42,514 nt of DNA, taken from NCBI GenBank assembly GCA_964484995.1, contig CAZAHF010000003.1, positions 4,400 through 46,913 of the forward strand, in the 5' to 3' direction. A model generated the notes under the pieces. That model worked only from the letters and a program-made list of their open reading frames with translations, ran no database searches and was not told where the DNA came from. The translations under genes and the position numbers were made by a program. This DNA is from an uncultured Candidatus Bathyarchaeia archaeon. Lineage in GTDB: Archaea; Thermoproteota; Bathyarchaeia; Hecatellales; Hecatellaceae. This document shows, piece by piece, positions 27,236 through 36,000 of the stretch. Every line of letters starts with the position of its first letter. Within the stretch, counting starts at the first letter, position 1.

Positions 27236-28675
27236 TTAAACCTCCATTGGAAGCATCATCATTCCAGGGATTAGAATTCCGTTTGGGTCTAACGTCTTCT
27301 TTAAAGCCTTTAATGTTTCATAGTATTGTTTAGACCAGTGGCGTGCAACCAGCTCTCCAACAACACTTCCAAGCCAATAATGGATTCCACCATCCTTAAC
27401 AAGCACCTCAAAACCTTCCCTCCACATTTTTCTAACAACCTCACGTGCACCTGGGATATCGTCAAGCCAATAGATAAGAAGCATAGCATCAACCACATTC
27501 CAACTAACAACAAAATATAGGACATCAACAGGTTCTATCTGATACTTTTCACATTCACCTTTATACTTTTCAAAAAGCTGTTTCATCAAGTTATGAGGTC
27601 TAACATAATCATAAATTGGAACTTTTGCACATAGAGAAGCCCATCTTTGACCTTTAGGTCCTGCTCTTGGCCACCACTCAAAAATTCTTGGATAATAGTA
27701 ATATTTTAAAAATTCAGTACCAATTTCTTTTACACCAGTCTTTTTAACCATACTATTTACGTATTCAGCTTCTGTATCAGCTAGTTTTTCGTTTGATGCT
27801 TCAATAACCACGTGAAGAGTATACTCTTTACCTAACAAAGATTTAAAACCAGCTTTTCCAAGCGACTCATTAAGCCATGAAAGAAACCCCATTATTTCAG
27901 TTGGAATATGGGTTTTTGAAACTTCATAGGTTGCGTCAAGCAGCTGTTTAAGGTCTTTTGCTTCATAAGACAAAAATCTGACAGCTTCAGGGAAGGGATA
28001 AATCTTCATAACCGCCTGAGTTTTAACACCAAAAACTCCACAATCTCCAAGAAAAAGACCGGTAAGGTCAGGGCCTATCCCATATCTTATAAGCTTTTTT
28101 GCATGGGGATAAGCTCCAGAACCAGTATTTATTATCTCTCCTGTTGGCAGGACAACCTCTAGACTTTTAACGTTTTCACTTACAGTTCCATATTTTGCAC
28201 ATCCATAAGCTAAACTATGGTGGGATAACCCTCCACCAATAGTTGCTGAGGCTCCACTACCAGGACCAAGAGAACCAACTCTCCAACCCTTTTTTCTAAG
28301 TTCCGAGTAGAGTTTAGCCCATGTTGCACCACACTGAACAGTAACAGTCATCTCTTTTTCATTAATTTCAACTATATCACTCATTCTTGTAAGGTCTAAA
28401 ACTATTGCACCTTTCTGGTATTTTGTAAAATAAGCAGGACAAGTTCCTCCTCCTCTAGGAACAACAGACTTCTTAACCTTATTAGCCTCTTTAACTATTT
28501 CAGCTACCTCTTCAGTTGTTTTTGGGCGAACAACCATATCCGGTATAACTGGCGGTTCAGGGCTTATGTCGTTTGCATAAGCAATAAGATCAGGAAGCGA
28601 GGTTGTTACATATTTTTCCCCTACTTTTGAAGCAATAATTTGAACAAACTCGTCTAACATTTTCTCACTAGACAT
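27236..28675 (-). CDS. FAD-linked oxidoreductase (GlcD/VAO superfamily)
   Basis: RPKTTEEV, PRGGGT, ATIGG, LEVVLPTGEI, GPDLTGLF, C-terminal LDPNGILIPG. Confidence 0.9.
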   Translation of the reverse strand: MSSEKMLDEFVQIIASKVGEKYVTTSLPDLIAYANDISPEPPVIPDMVVRPKTTEEVAEIVKEANKVKKSVVPRGGGTCPAYFTKYQKGAIVLDLTRMSDIVEINEKEMTVTVQCGATWAKLYSELRKKGWRVGSLGPGSGASATIGGGLSHHSLAYGCAKYGTVSENVKSLEVVLPTGEIINTGSGAYPHAKKLIRYGIGPDLTGLFLGDCGVFGVKTQAVMKIYPFPEAVRFLSYEAKDLKQLLDATYEVSKTHIPTEIMGFLSWLNESLGKAGFKSLLGKEYTLHVVIEASNEKLADTEAEYVNSMVKKTGVKEIGTEFLKYYYYPRIFEWWPRAGPKGQRWASLCAKVPIYDYVRPHNLMKQLFEKYKGECEKYQIEPVDVLYFVVSWNVVDAMLLIYWLDDIPGAREVVRKMWREGFEVLVKDGGIHYWLGSVVGELVARHWSKQYYETLKALKKTLDPNGILIPGMMMLPMEV

Positions 28676-28677
28676 TT

Positions 28678-29481
28678 TTACCTTCCCTTAAACTCTGCTT
28701 TTCTCTTCTCTAAGAAGGCTTTGCATCCTTCAATACGGTCTTCAGTTGCAAACATTATTGTGTCAGCTTCACTCTCGTAGGCTAATCCTGTATCTAAATC
28801 TGTTTCTAAGCCTCTAACTATAGCGGCTTTAGCTAAAGCTAAAGCAATAGGGCTTTTACTCTTAAGTTTTTCAACAAGCTCATTTACAGCTTCATCAAGT
28901 TTATCTGGTGGAACAACCTTATTTACAAGACCTATTCTTTCAGCCTCTTTTGCACTAATTCTTTCTCCAAGCAAAATTAGCTCCATACCTTTTATTTTTC
29001 CAACTAAACGTGGAATTCTCTGGGTTCCACCCCAACCCGGAAATATTCCAAGATTAATTTCCGGTACACCAAATTCAGCGTTCTCAGAGGCAATTATAAA
29101 GTCGCATGCAGCTGCTATTTCAAGTCCTCCACCAAGACAATAACCGTTAACAGCAGCAATAACAGGTTTATCAAGTTTCTCAATTAGACGGTGCACCTCA
29201 TAACCAATATTTCGGAAAAATTTTCTAGCCTTAATTGGATGATCCATCACATCCGGTAAGAATACTTTTATGTCTGCACCTACACAAAATGCTCTACCTT
29301 GACCTGTTATAACAACAACTCTTACACTGTCATCTTGCTGAGCATCCCATAAAGCATCTTTTAAGGCTTTAGCAACATCAAGGTCTATAACCCAAAGTCC
29401 TTTAGGACCTCTATTAAAAACTATTTTTGCAACACCATCTTTTTTCTCATAAATTATTGGAGGTTGTTTTTCTTCTCCCAT
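28678..29481 (-). CDS. Enoyl-CoA hydratase (crotonase family)
   Basis: [32 protein letters not shown] (both catalytic Glu present); ATG 29481 preferred over GTG 29496. Confidence 0.93.
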   Translation of the reverse strand: MGEEKQPPIIYEKKDGVAKIVFNRGPKGLWVIDLDVAKALKDALWDAQQDDSVRVVVITGQGRAFCVGADIKVFLPDVMDHPIKARKFFRNIGYEVHRLIEKLDKPVIAAVNGYCLGGGLEIAAACDFIIASENAEFGVPEINLGIFPGWGGTQRIPRLVGKIKGMELILLGERISAKEAERIGLVNKVVPPDKLDEAVNELVEKLKSKSPIALALAKAAIVRGLETDLDTGLAYESEADTIMFATEDRIEGCKAFLEKRKAEFKGR

Positions 29482-29671
29482 AAAATTCTCCCTCACACAG
29501 GCTAAAGACGACTTTTACTGTTTTATGATAAGTTTTTAGATTATTAACTTTTTCTTAAGACTAGGAAAACTTTACAAAAATTAAACTATAAAGGTTTATT
29601 TATGAAAAAGTTAAATACTCATCATCAAGAGTAAAGTTTGTAACATAAAAATTAGAACTGGAGGATGTTCT

Positions 29672-30625
29672 ATGAATCTTAATAAAAACACATTAATCGA
29701 AATTTACCGGAACATAGTCTTGCTAAGAAAGCTTGATGAAAAGCTTATTGAGCTTTTTACAGCGGGAAAAGTGCCTGGATGGATTCATCCGTATGTTGGT
29801 CAGGAGGCTGTTGTTGCAGGGGTTGCTCCACATGTAAGAAAGGATGACTTTTTTTGTGCAACCCATAGAGGTCGAGCTGTCCATGTTCTTAAGGGAACAC
29901 CACTAAGAAAGTTTGTGGCTGAACTTCTAGGTAAAAAAACCGGTATTAATAAGGGGCGAGCTGGTGAAATGCATGTAATGAACTGGGAGGTTCACTCTGT
30001 TTCTTCAGGTATTGTTGGTGCAACTTTCCCTATGGCTGTAGGGTTTGGTATTGCATGTAAACTTGAAGGTGGAGATAAAATTGTTTTTTGTACTTTTGGA
30101 GATGGTGCATCAAACAGAGGAACTTTTCATGAGTCTCTAAATATGGCTTCTGTTTGGAAGCTTCCAATAGTTTTTATTTGTGAAAACAATCTTTATGCTC
30201 AGTTTACCCCATCTAAACTAACAACCTCTGTTTCGGATATAGCTAAAAGGGCTTCTGCCTACAATATGCCTAGTACAATTGTGGATGGAATGGATCCTAT
30301 AGCCGTATATGAGGCTGTTGGTGAAGCTGTGGAAAGAGCACGTAAAAGAGAAGGACCTACACTTGTAGAATGTAAAACCTATAGGTATCATGGGCATTTT
30401 TATGGTGATAAGTGGGAAACTTACCGAAGCCCTGAAGAGGTTGAGGCTTGGAAGAAAAAGGATCCTGTAATAACGTTTAAGGAAAGATTGTTAAAGGATG
30501 GTGTTTTAACAGAAAAACTTGTTGAAGAAATTTATAATGATGTTAATAGTCAAGTTGAAGATGCTTTAAAATTTGCTTTTGAAAGCCCTGAACCATCTCC
30601 TGAAGATGTTTATGAGGATTTATAG
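29672..30625 (+). CDS. TPP-dependent dehydrogenase E1 alpha, copy 2
   Basis: GQEA, THRGRA, GEMH, GDGASNRGTFHE...ENN, YRYHGHF. Confidence 0.93.
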   Translation: MNLNKNTLIEIYRNIVLLRKLDEKLIELFTAGKVPGWIHPYVGQEAVVAGVAPHVRKDDFFCATHRGRAVHVLKGTPLRKFVAELLGKKTGINKGRAGEMHVMNWEVHSVSSGIVGATFPMAVGFGIACKLEGGDKIVFCTFGDGASNRGTFHESLNMASVWKLPIVFICENNLYAQFTPSKLTTSVSDIAKRASAYNMPSTIVDGMDPIAVYEAVGEAVERARKREGPTLVECKTYRYHGHFYGDKWETYRSPEEVEAWKKKDPVITFKERLLKDGVLTEKLVEEIYNDVNSQVEDALKFAFESPEPSPEDVYEDL

Positions 30626-30640
30626 TGGAGGTGAGTATGT

Positions 30641-31621
30641 TTGGGTAAAAAAACTATAGCCTATATTGATGCTATTCGTGAGGCTTTACGGGAGGAAATG
30701 CTTAGAGACCCGAAAGTGATAGTTATAGGTGAAGATGTAGGGCTTGGTCAAGGAGCCTTCACGGTAACAAAGGGTCTCTACCAAGAATTTGGTAAAGACA
30801 GGGTGATAGATACACCTATCTCAGAAGAATCTATTATTGGTGCTTGTGTTGGTGCAGCTATGGCTGGTTTAAGACCAGTAGCAGAAATAATGTTTAACCC
30901 GTTTATGGCTTTGGTTATGGATCCGCTAATTAATCATGCATCATGCTATAAGTATGTTTCAGGTGGACAGGTTAAGGTTCCTATGGTTATTCGAACTCTA
31001 GTTTGTCAAGGTAGAGGAGCAGGACATGATCATGCTCCATTTTATGCGTCGTGGTTTATGCATGTTCCATGTATACGGGTTATTGTTCCTTCAACCCCAT
31101 ATGATGCTAAAGGTTTACTTAAAACGGCTATTCGAGATGATTATCCATGTATATTCTACGAGCATATAGACTTTTATCCAAGAAAACCAAACCTAGGTGA
31201 AATTCCGGAGGAGGAGTACACAATTCCTCTTGGTAAAGCTGACATTAAAAAGGAGGGGTCAGATGTTACAATAGTAGCTATCTTAACTGGTGTTAAAACC
31301 TCACTTTCAGCTGCAAAAAAGCTTGAGGAGGATGGGATAAACGTTGAGGTTGTTGACCCCAGAACTCTAGCACCCCTTGATAAGCAAACAATTTTAGATT
31401 CTGTCAAAAAAACTGGAAGACTTGTAATAGTTGAAACAGACTTTAAAACTGCTGGTGTTGGTGCTGAGATTGCAGCTATAGTTGCTGAGGAAGCTATGGA
31501 ATATTTGGATGCACCGATTAAACGGGTTGCAACAGCAGACATTCCAATATCCTTCACCAACGAAAAATACATTTTACCAAACGAAGAAGCAATAATTAAG
31601 GCTGTTAAAGATATATGTTAA
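30641..31621 (+). CDS. E1 beta, copy 2
   Basis: DTPISE, EIMFNPF, GAGHDHAP, IFYEH, VVDPRTL. Confidence 0.93.
   Translation: MGKKTIAYIDAIREALREEMLRDPKVIVIGEDVGLGQGAFTVTKGLYQEFGKDRVIDTPISEESIIGACVGAAMAGLRPVAEIMFNPFMALVMDPLINHASCYKYVSGGQVKVPMVIRTLVCQGRGAGHDHAPFYASWFMHVPCIRVIVPSTPYDAKGLLKTAIRDDYPCIFYEHIDFYPRKPNLGEIPEEEYTIPLGKADIKKEGSDVTIVAILTGVKTSLSAAKKLEEDGINVEVVDPRTLAPLDKQTILDSVKKTGRLVIVETDFKTAGVGAEIAAIVAEEAMEYLDAPIKRVATADIPISFTNEKYILPNEEAIIKAVKDIC
31304..31478 (+). repeat. Direct repeat copy B (shared with 25658-25832)
   Basis: Exact runs 31304-31368, 31386-31428 and 31458-31478. Confidence 0.92.
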
Positions 31622-31664
31622 GTAAACCCTGCCCCGGTTTAAAATTGTTTGGAGGAAGAAAATC

Positions 31665-32858
31665 TTGCATGAAGTTACAATGCCAAAGCTTTCTTTAACA
31701 ATGGAAACTGGAAAGATAGTAAGATGGCTTAAAAAAGAAGGAGATAAAGTGGAGAAGGGGGAACCTATACTTGAAATTGAAACAGAAAAAGTGACAGTAG
31801 AAGTTGAGGCGCCAGCCTCAGGAATACTACATAAAATACTTGCAAAAGAGGGTGAGGATGTTCCAATACAAAAAACAATAGCAATTATAAGAGAACCTGG
31901 AGAAGAAATACCTGAAGAGGTTGCTGCTCCACCCGTGGAAGCTAAAAAACCTGAGGTTGTTGCTGTAACAGAGAAACCTCTGGAAAGGATAAAAGCTTCC
32001 CCACTTGCAAAAAAACTTGCTAAAGAGTATGGAGTAGACCTTACAAAAATTAAGGGTACAGGTCCTGGTGGTAGAATTGTTAAAGAAGATGTTTTAAGAG
32101 CTGTTGAGGAAGCTAAAGCTGCAGCTGTCACGGTTACACCAACCCCAACTCCTGTTACTGTTGAAAAAGCTAAGGTTGTACCCTTAACAAGTATGAGAAA
32201 AACAATTGGAAGACGTATGGCTCAAAGTCTTCAAACAGCCCCCCAGCTAACTATAACAATGGAGGTAGACATGAGTGAAGCTGTAAAGTTTAGAGAACAA
32301 ATAACGTCAGTAACAGAAAAGAAACTGAATCTTAGGGTTACCTACACGGATATTATAGTTAAGGCTGTTGCTAAAGCACTTAAAGAATTTCCATTTATAA
32401 ATTCAAGACTTGAAGGAGATCAACTTAAACTTTTAGAGGAGGTTAATGTTGGTGTAGCTACAGCAGTAGAAGACGGGTTGGTTGTTCCTGTGGTTAAAAA
32501 TGCTGATAAAAAGTCTCTGATAGAAGTAGCCTCAGAAATTAGAAGTTTGGTTGAAAAAGCTAGACAGGGTAAGCTTTCCATAGAGGATGTTTCTGGCGGA
32601 ACTTTCACGGTTACAAATCTTGGTATGTATGGTGTTGATGTTTTTACACCTATTATTAACCCACCAGAAAGCGCAATTCTTGGAGTTGGAAGAATAGTTG
32701 AAAAACCTGTTGTTATAAATGGTCAGATAACAATCCGACCACTAACTGTTCTTAGTTTAACCTTTGACCATAGAGTTACAGACGGTGCTCAAGCAGCAGT
32801 TTTCCTACAAAGAGTTAAAGATCTCTTAGAAAAACCCGCCTTACTCTTTATTGAGTAG
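31665..32858 (+). CDS. Dihydrolipoamide acyltransferase E2 (one lipoyl domain)
   Basis: Lipoyl-Lys ETEKVT, PSBD ASPLAKKLA...GTGPGGRI, catalytic FDHRVTDG. Confidence 0.95.
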   Translation: MHEVTMPKLSLTMETGKIVRWLKKEGDKVEKGEPILEIETEKVTVEVEAPASGILHKILAKEGEDVPIQKTIAIIREPGEEIPEEVAAPPVEAKKPEVVAVTEKPLERIKASPLAKKLAKEYGVDLTKIKGTGPGGRIVKEDVLRAVEEAKAAAVTVTPTPTPVTVEKAKVVPLTSMRKTIGRRMAQSLQTAPQLTITMEVDMSEAVKFREQITSVTEKKLNLRVTYTDIIVKAVAKALKEFPFINSRLEGDQLKLLEEVNVGVATAVEDGLVVPVVKNADKKSLIEVASEIRSLVEKARQGKLSIEDVSGGTFTVTNLGMYGVDVFTPIINPPESAILGVGRIVEKPVVINGQITIRPLTVLSLTFDHRVTDGAQAAVFLQRVKDLLEKPALLFIE

Positions 32859-33720
32859 TTTTTTCTAAAAATTTTTTTGAGAACTCTACAGCCATAAAAG
32901 AGCTTCTTACAAAAGGAGCTGAGGCTACATATAAAAATCCGAGCTGATAAGCCTTTTTCTTATACTCCTCAAACTTTTCTGGTTTTATGTATTCTTTAAC
33001 CTCTAAGTGTTTTTTTGATGGACGTAAATATTGGCCTATAGTAAAAATGTCGCAGTTTACTGAACGTAAATCCTTCATAACCTGAAATACTTCTTCGTCT
33101 GTTTCACCTAAACCAACCATTATACCAGACTTAGTAAAAATTTTTGGGTTTAGCTTTTTTATTTTTTCTAAAACCCTTAGTGAAGTTTTATAAGATGCTT
33201 TCGGTCTTACAATCGGGTAAAGTCTCGGAACAGTTTCAAGATTATGGCCTATAATATCAGGTGAAACATCCACAATTTTTTTAATACACTCATCTGAACC
33301 CTGAAAATCTGGAATTAAAACTTCTACTCTAGTGTTCGGGTTTAGCTTTTTTATCTCCTCTACTGTTTTAACAAACTGGTTTACACCAAAATCTTCCAAG
33401 TCATCACGTGTAACAGAAGTTATAACAACATGTTTTAGTCCAAGTCTTCTAACAGCCTCAGCTACATGTTTTGGCTCTTCTGGATCTGGAGGTAGAGGAT
33501 TACCTTTAGTTACATTACAGAATTTACAGTTTCTTGTACATATGTTTCCAAGGATTAGGAAGGTTGCTGTACGGTGAGCATAACAAATACCAATATTTGG
33601 GCATGCTGCATTCTCACAAATAGTGTGAAGAGATAAATCTTTAAGTAAGTTTCTCATCTCCTGAAGAACCTTTTGATCTGGAATTCTAGTCTTAATCCAC
33701 TCTGGCTTTTTAACACTCAT
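32848..33720 (-). CDS. lipA: Lipoyl synthase
   Basis: KKPEW, CENAACPNIGIC (CX4CX5C), CTRNCKFC, C-terminal VRSS. Confidence 0.96.
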   Translation of the reverse strand: MSVKKPEWIKTRIPDQKVLQEMRNLLKDLSLHTICENAACPNIGICYAHRTATFLILGNICTRNCKFCNVTKGNPLPPDPEEPKHVAEAVRRLGLKHVVITSVTRDDLEDFGVNQFVKTVEEIKKLNPNTRVEVLIPDFQGSDECIKKIVDVSPDIIGHNLETVPRLYPIVRPKASYKTSLRVLEKIKKLNPKIFTKSGIMVGLGETDEEVFQVMKDLRSVNCDIFTIGQYLRPSKKHLEVKEYIKPEKFEEYKKKAYQLGFLYVASAPFVRSSFMAVEFSKKFLEKTTQ

Positions 33721-34420
33721 AAATGGTTTTCACCAACAATTCCTCTAAACTAACCCTTTTTACTTTAACATCAAAAGTTTCAGCAAAATACTTGACATAT
33801 TTCTTTTTTACCTCTAAAACTGAAATTTCTCTTCCAAGAACTTCAGCCATGGAGGTAACATCTTTCCCTACCAAACCACATGGTACAATCATTTTAAAAT
33901 ACTTCATGTTTGGGTTTACATTCAAAGCAAAACCATGTTTTGTAACCATGGATTTAACCCTAATTCCGATAGCTGCAATCTTTTTATTTTTAACCCAGAC
34001 TCCAGGAAAACCTTTAACTATCTCAGCATTCAATCCATACTCTTCTTTTAACATTTTTACAATGGACTCTTCAAGCTTCCAAACATAGCTGTGTATATCC
34101 AAACCGTAGCTTTTAAGGTCTAGGATTGGATATCCAATAAGCTGTCCAGGTCCATGATAGGTAACATCACCACCTCTGTCAACCCTATAAACCGCTATTC
34201 CCTTCTTTTTTAACTCTTCAACTGAAACAAGAATGTTTGAGAAGTTCCCACCCATACCAACAGTGAAAACCGGATGATGTTCTAAGAGCATCAAAACATC
34301 TTTTATCTTCTTTTTAAATCTATCCTCCCAAAATTTTTCTTGAAGATTTAAAGCTTCTTTATAGTCTATCAAACCTAAGTCTAGTAGGTAACACTCATTA
34401 AAGGTTTTTTCTTCCGCCAC
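33710..34420 (-). CDS. lipB: Lipoyl(octanoyl) transferase
   Basis: LLEHHPVFT, DRGGDVTYHGPGQL, KIAAIG, HGFALNV, IVPCG. Confidence 0.95.
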   Translation of the reverse strand: MAEEKTFNECYLLDLGLIDYKEALNLQEKFWEDRFKKKIKDVLMLLEHHPVFTVGMGGNFSNILVSVEELKKKGIAVYRVDRGGDVTYHGPGQLIGYPILDLKSYGLDIHSYVWKLEESIVKMLKEEYGLNAEIVKGFPGVWVKNKKIAAIGIRVKSMVTKHGFALNVNPNMKYFKMIVPCGLVGKDVTSMAEVLGREISVLEVKKKYVKYFAETFDVKVKRVSLEELLVKTIYEC

Positions 34421-34569
34421 CTAAATCAGCCTTCTGCTACTTTAAAGTTAAATGAAGCTTTTCAAAGGTTTGAGGATTAGCATTGTTTTTAAGTTTTAGG
34501 TTAACCAAAAAATATACATCAAAGTAAAAAGATAATCTTTAAGTTAAAGAGTTTTTAAACCCAAGAAAT

Positions 34570-35988
34570 TTGGGGGAGGGTATAACAATTAGTGTTGTAG
34601 AAAAAAATACTGATCTAACAGTTATTGGGGCAGGACCTGGAGGATATGTTGCTGCAATAAGAGCAGCTCAACTTGGTGGAAAAGTTGTTTTAGTTGAAAA
34701 AGAGGAAGTTGGAGGAGTATGTTTAAACAAGGGATGTATACCAACTAAAACCCTTCTAAGAACAACTGAGCTTTTAACCCTACTTGGTAAAGCAAAAGAT
34801 TTTGGGGTAAATATAGACAGTTGGTCTGTCAACTTTAAAAAAATGTTGGAAAGGAAGAATCAAGTTGTTAAAAGGCTTGTTATGGGTGTAAAAACTCTCT
34901 TAAAAAGAAATGGTGTAGACCTTGTTTATGGTTCTGCTCAAATAGTAAAATCTGGTGAAATTAAGGTTTTAAGAAATGATGGTGGTAAGGAAGTTCTTAG
35001 GTCAAGGAAAATTATAGTTGCTACAGGCTCTAAACCAGCAAAACCACCTATTCCAGGTGTAGACACTACTGGCGTCTTAACTAGTGATGAGGTTTTTAAG
35101 CTTGAAGTTCTTCCTCAAAGTCTTCTGATTGTTGGTGGTGGCCCTGTTGGGTTAGAGTTTGCTCAAATTTTTTCTAGTCTTGGTGTTGAGGTTACAGTTG
35201 TTGAGATGCTTCCTCATCTACTACCAAACGAGGATGAAGAAATTGGTTTAATGCTTCATAAAATTATGGAAAAAAACGGTGTAAAAGTTTTTGTAAACAC
35301 AAAAGTGACAAAAATAGGTGGAGAAAAAGATGAAAAACAAGTTTATCTTTTAGGTAAGAGTGGTGAGGATATTAAAAAAGCTGAAAAGGTTCTTTTAGCT
35401 GTTGGAAGAACACCAAACATTGAAGGTTTAGGTTTAGATTCAATCGGTGTAAGCTTTGATAAACGTGGAATATCGACAAACAACAAGATGGAAACAAATG
35501 TTTCAGGGGTTTATGCGATAGGCGATGTAGCAGGAAAGTTTTTGCTTGCTCATACAGCCTCAGAGGAAGGTGTTGTTGCCGCTGAAAATGCTTTAGGCTA
35601 TGAGCGTAAAATAAATTATCGTGCAGTTCCAAGATGTGTTTTTACTGTTCCTGAGGTTGCTTGTGTAGGGTTAACTGAAAAACAGGCTAGGGAGGCTGGT
35701 TATAACCTTAAAATCGGGAGATTTCCGTTTTTAGCAAGTGGAAGAGCTTTAACCATGGATGAGACAGACGGCTTTATAAAAGTTCTTGTTGACGGTGATA
35801 CTGACGAAATTTTAGGTGTTCATATTATTGGGCCTTTAGCCTCAGAACTAATTCCTGAAGCTGTTTTGGCTATAAACCTTGAAGCAACAACAAAAGAAAT
35901 TATTGACACAATCCATGCCCACCCAACCTTAGCCGAAGCCTTAAAAGAAGCAGTCTTAGATGCTGAAAAAAGAGCAATTCACAAATAG
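34570..35988 (+). CDS. lpdA: Dihydrolipoamide dehydrogenase E3
   Basis: GAGPGGYVAA, GGVCLNKGCIPTK redox disulfide, C-terminal HAHPTLAE. Confidence 0.96.
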   Translation: MGEGITISVVEKNTDLTVIGAGPGGYVAAIRAAQLGGKVVLVEKEEVGGVCLNKGCIPTKTLLRTTELLTLLGKAKDFGVNIDSWSVNFKKMLERKNQVVKRLVMGVKTLLKRNGVDLVYGSAQIVKSGEIKVLRNDGGKEVLRSRKIIVATGSKPAKPPIPGVDTTGVLTSDEVFKLEVLPQSLLIVGGGPVGLEFAQIFSSLGVEVTVVEMLPHLLPNEDEEIGLMLHKIMEKNGVKVFVNTKVTKIGGEKDEKQVYLLGKSGEDIKKAEKVLLAVGRTPNIEGLGLDSIGVSFDKRGISTNNKMETNVSGVYAIGDVAGKFLLAHTASEEGVVAAENALGYERKINYRAVPRCVFTVPEVACVGLTEKQAREAGYNLKIGRFPFLASGRALTMDETDGFIKVLVDGDTDEILGVHIIGPLASELIPEAVLAINLEATTKEIIDTIHAHPTLAEALKEAVLDAEKRAIHK

Positions 35989-36000
35989 AAACCTAAAACT

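Noticed and set aside
29619-29627. C-box-like TGATGATGA on the minus strand in the crotonase/E1 spacer
   Set aside because: No CTGA D box within about 60 nt downstream and no terminal stem.
29567-29639. 9-bp inverted repeat AAACTTTAC/GTAAAGTTT in the divergent promoter
   Set aside because: 55-nt spacing and A/T-rich composition make chance likely; the sequence also resembles the generic BRE/TATA pattern.
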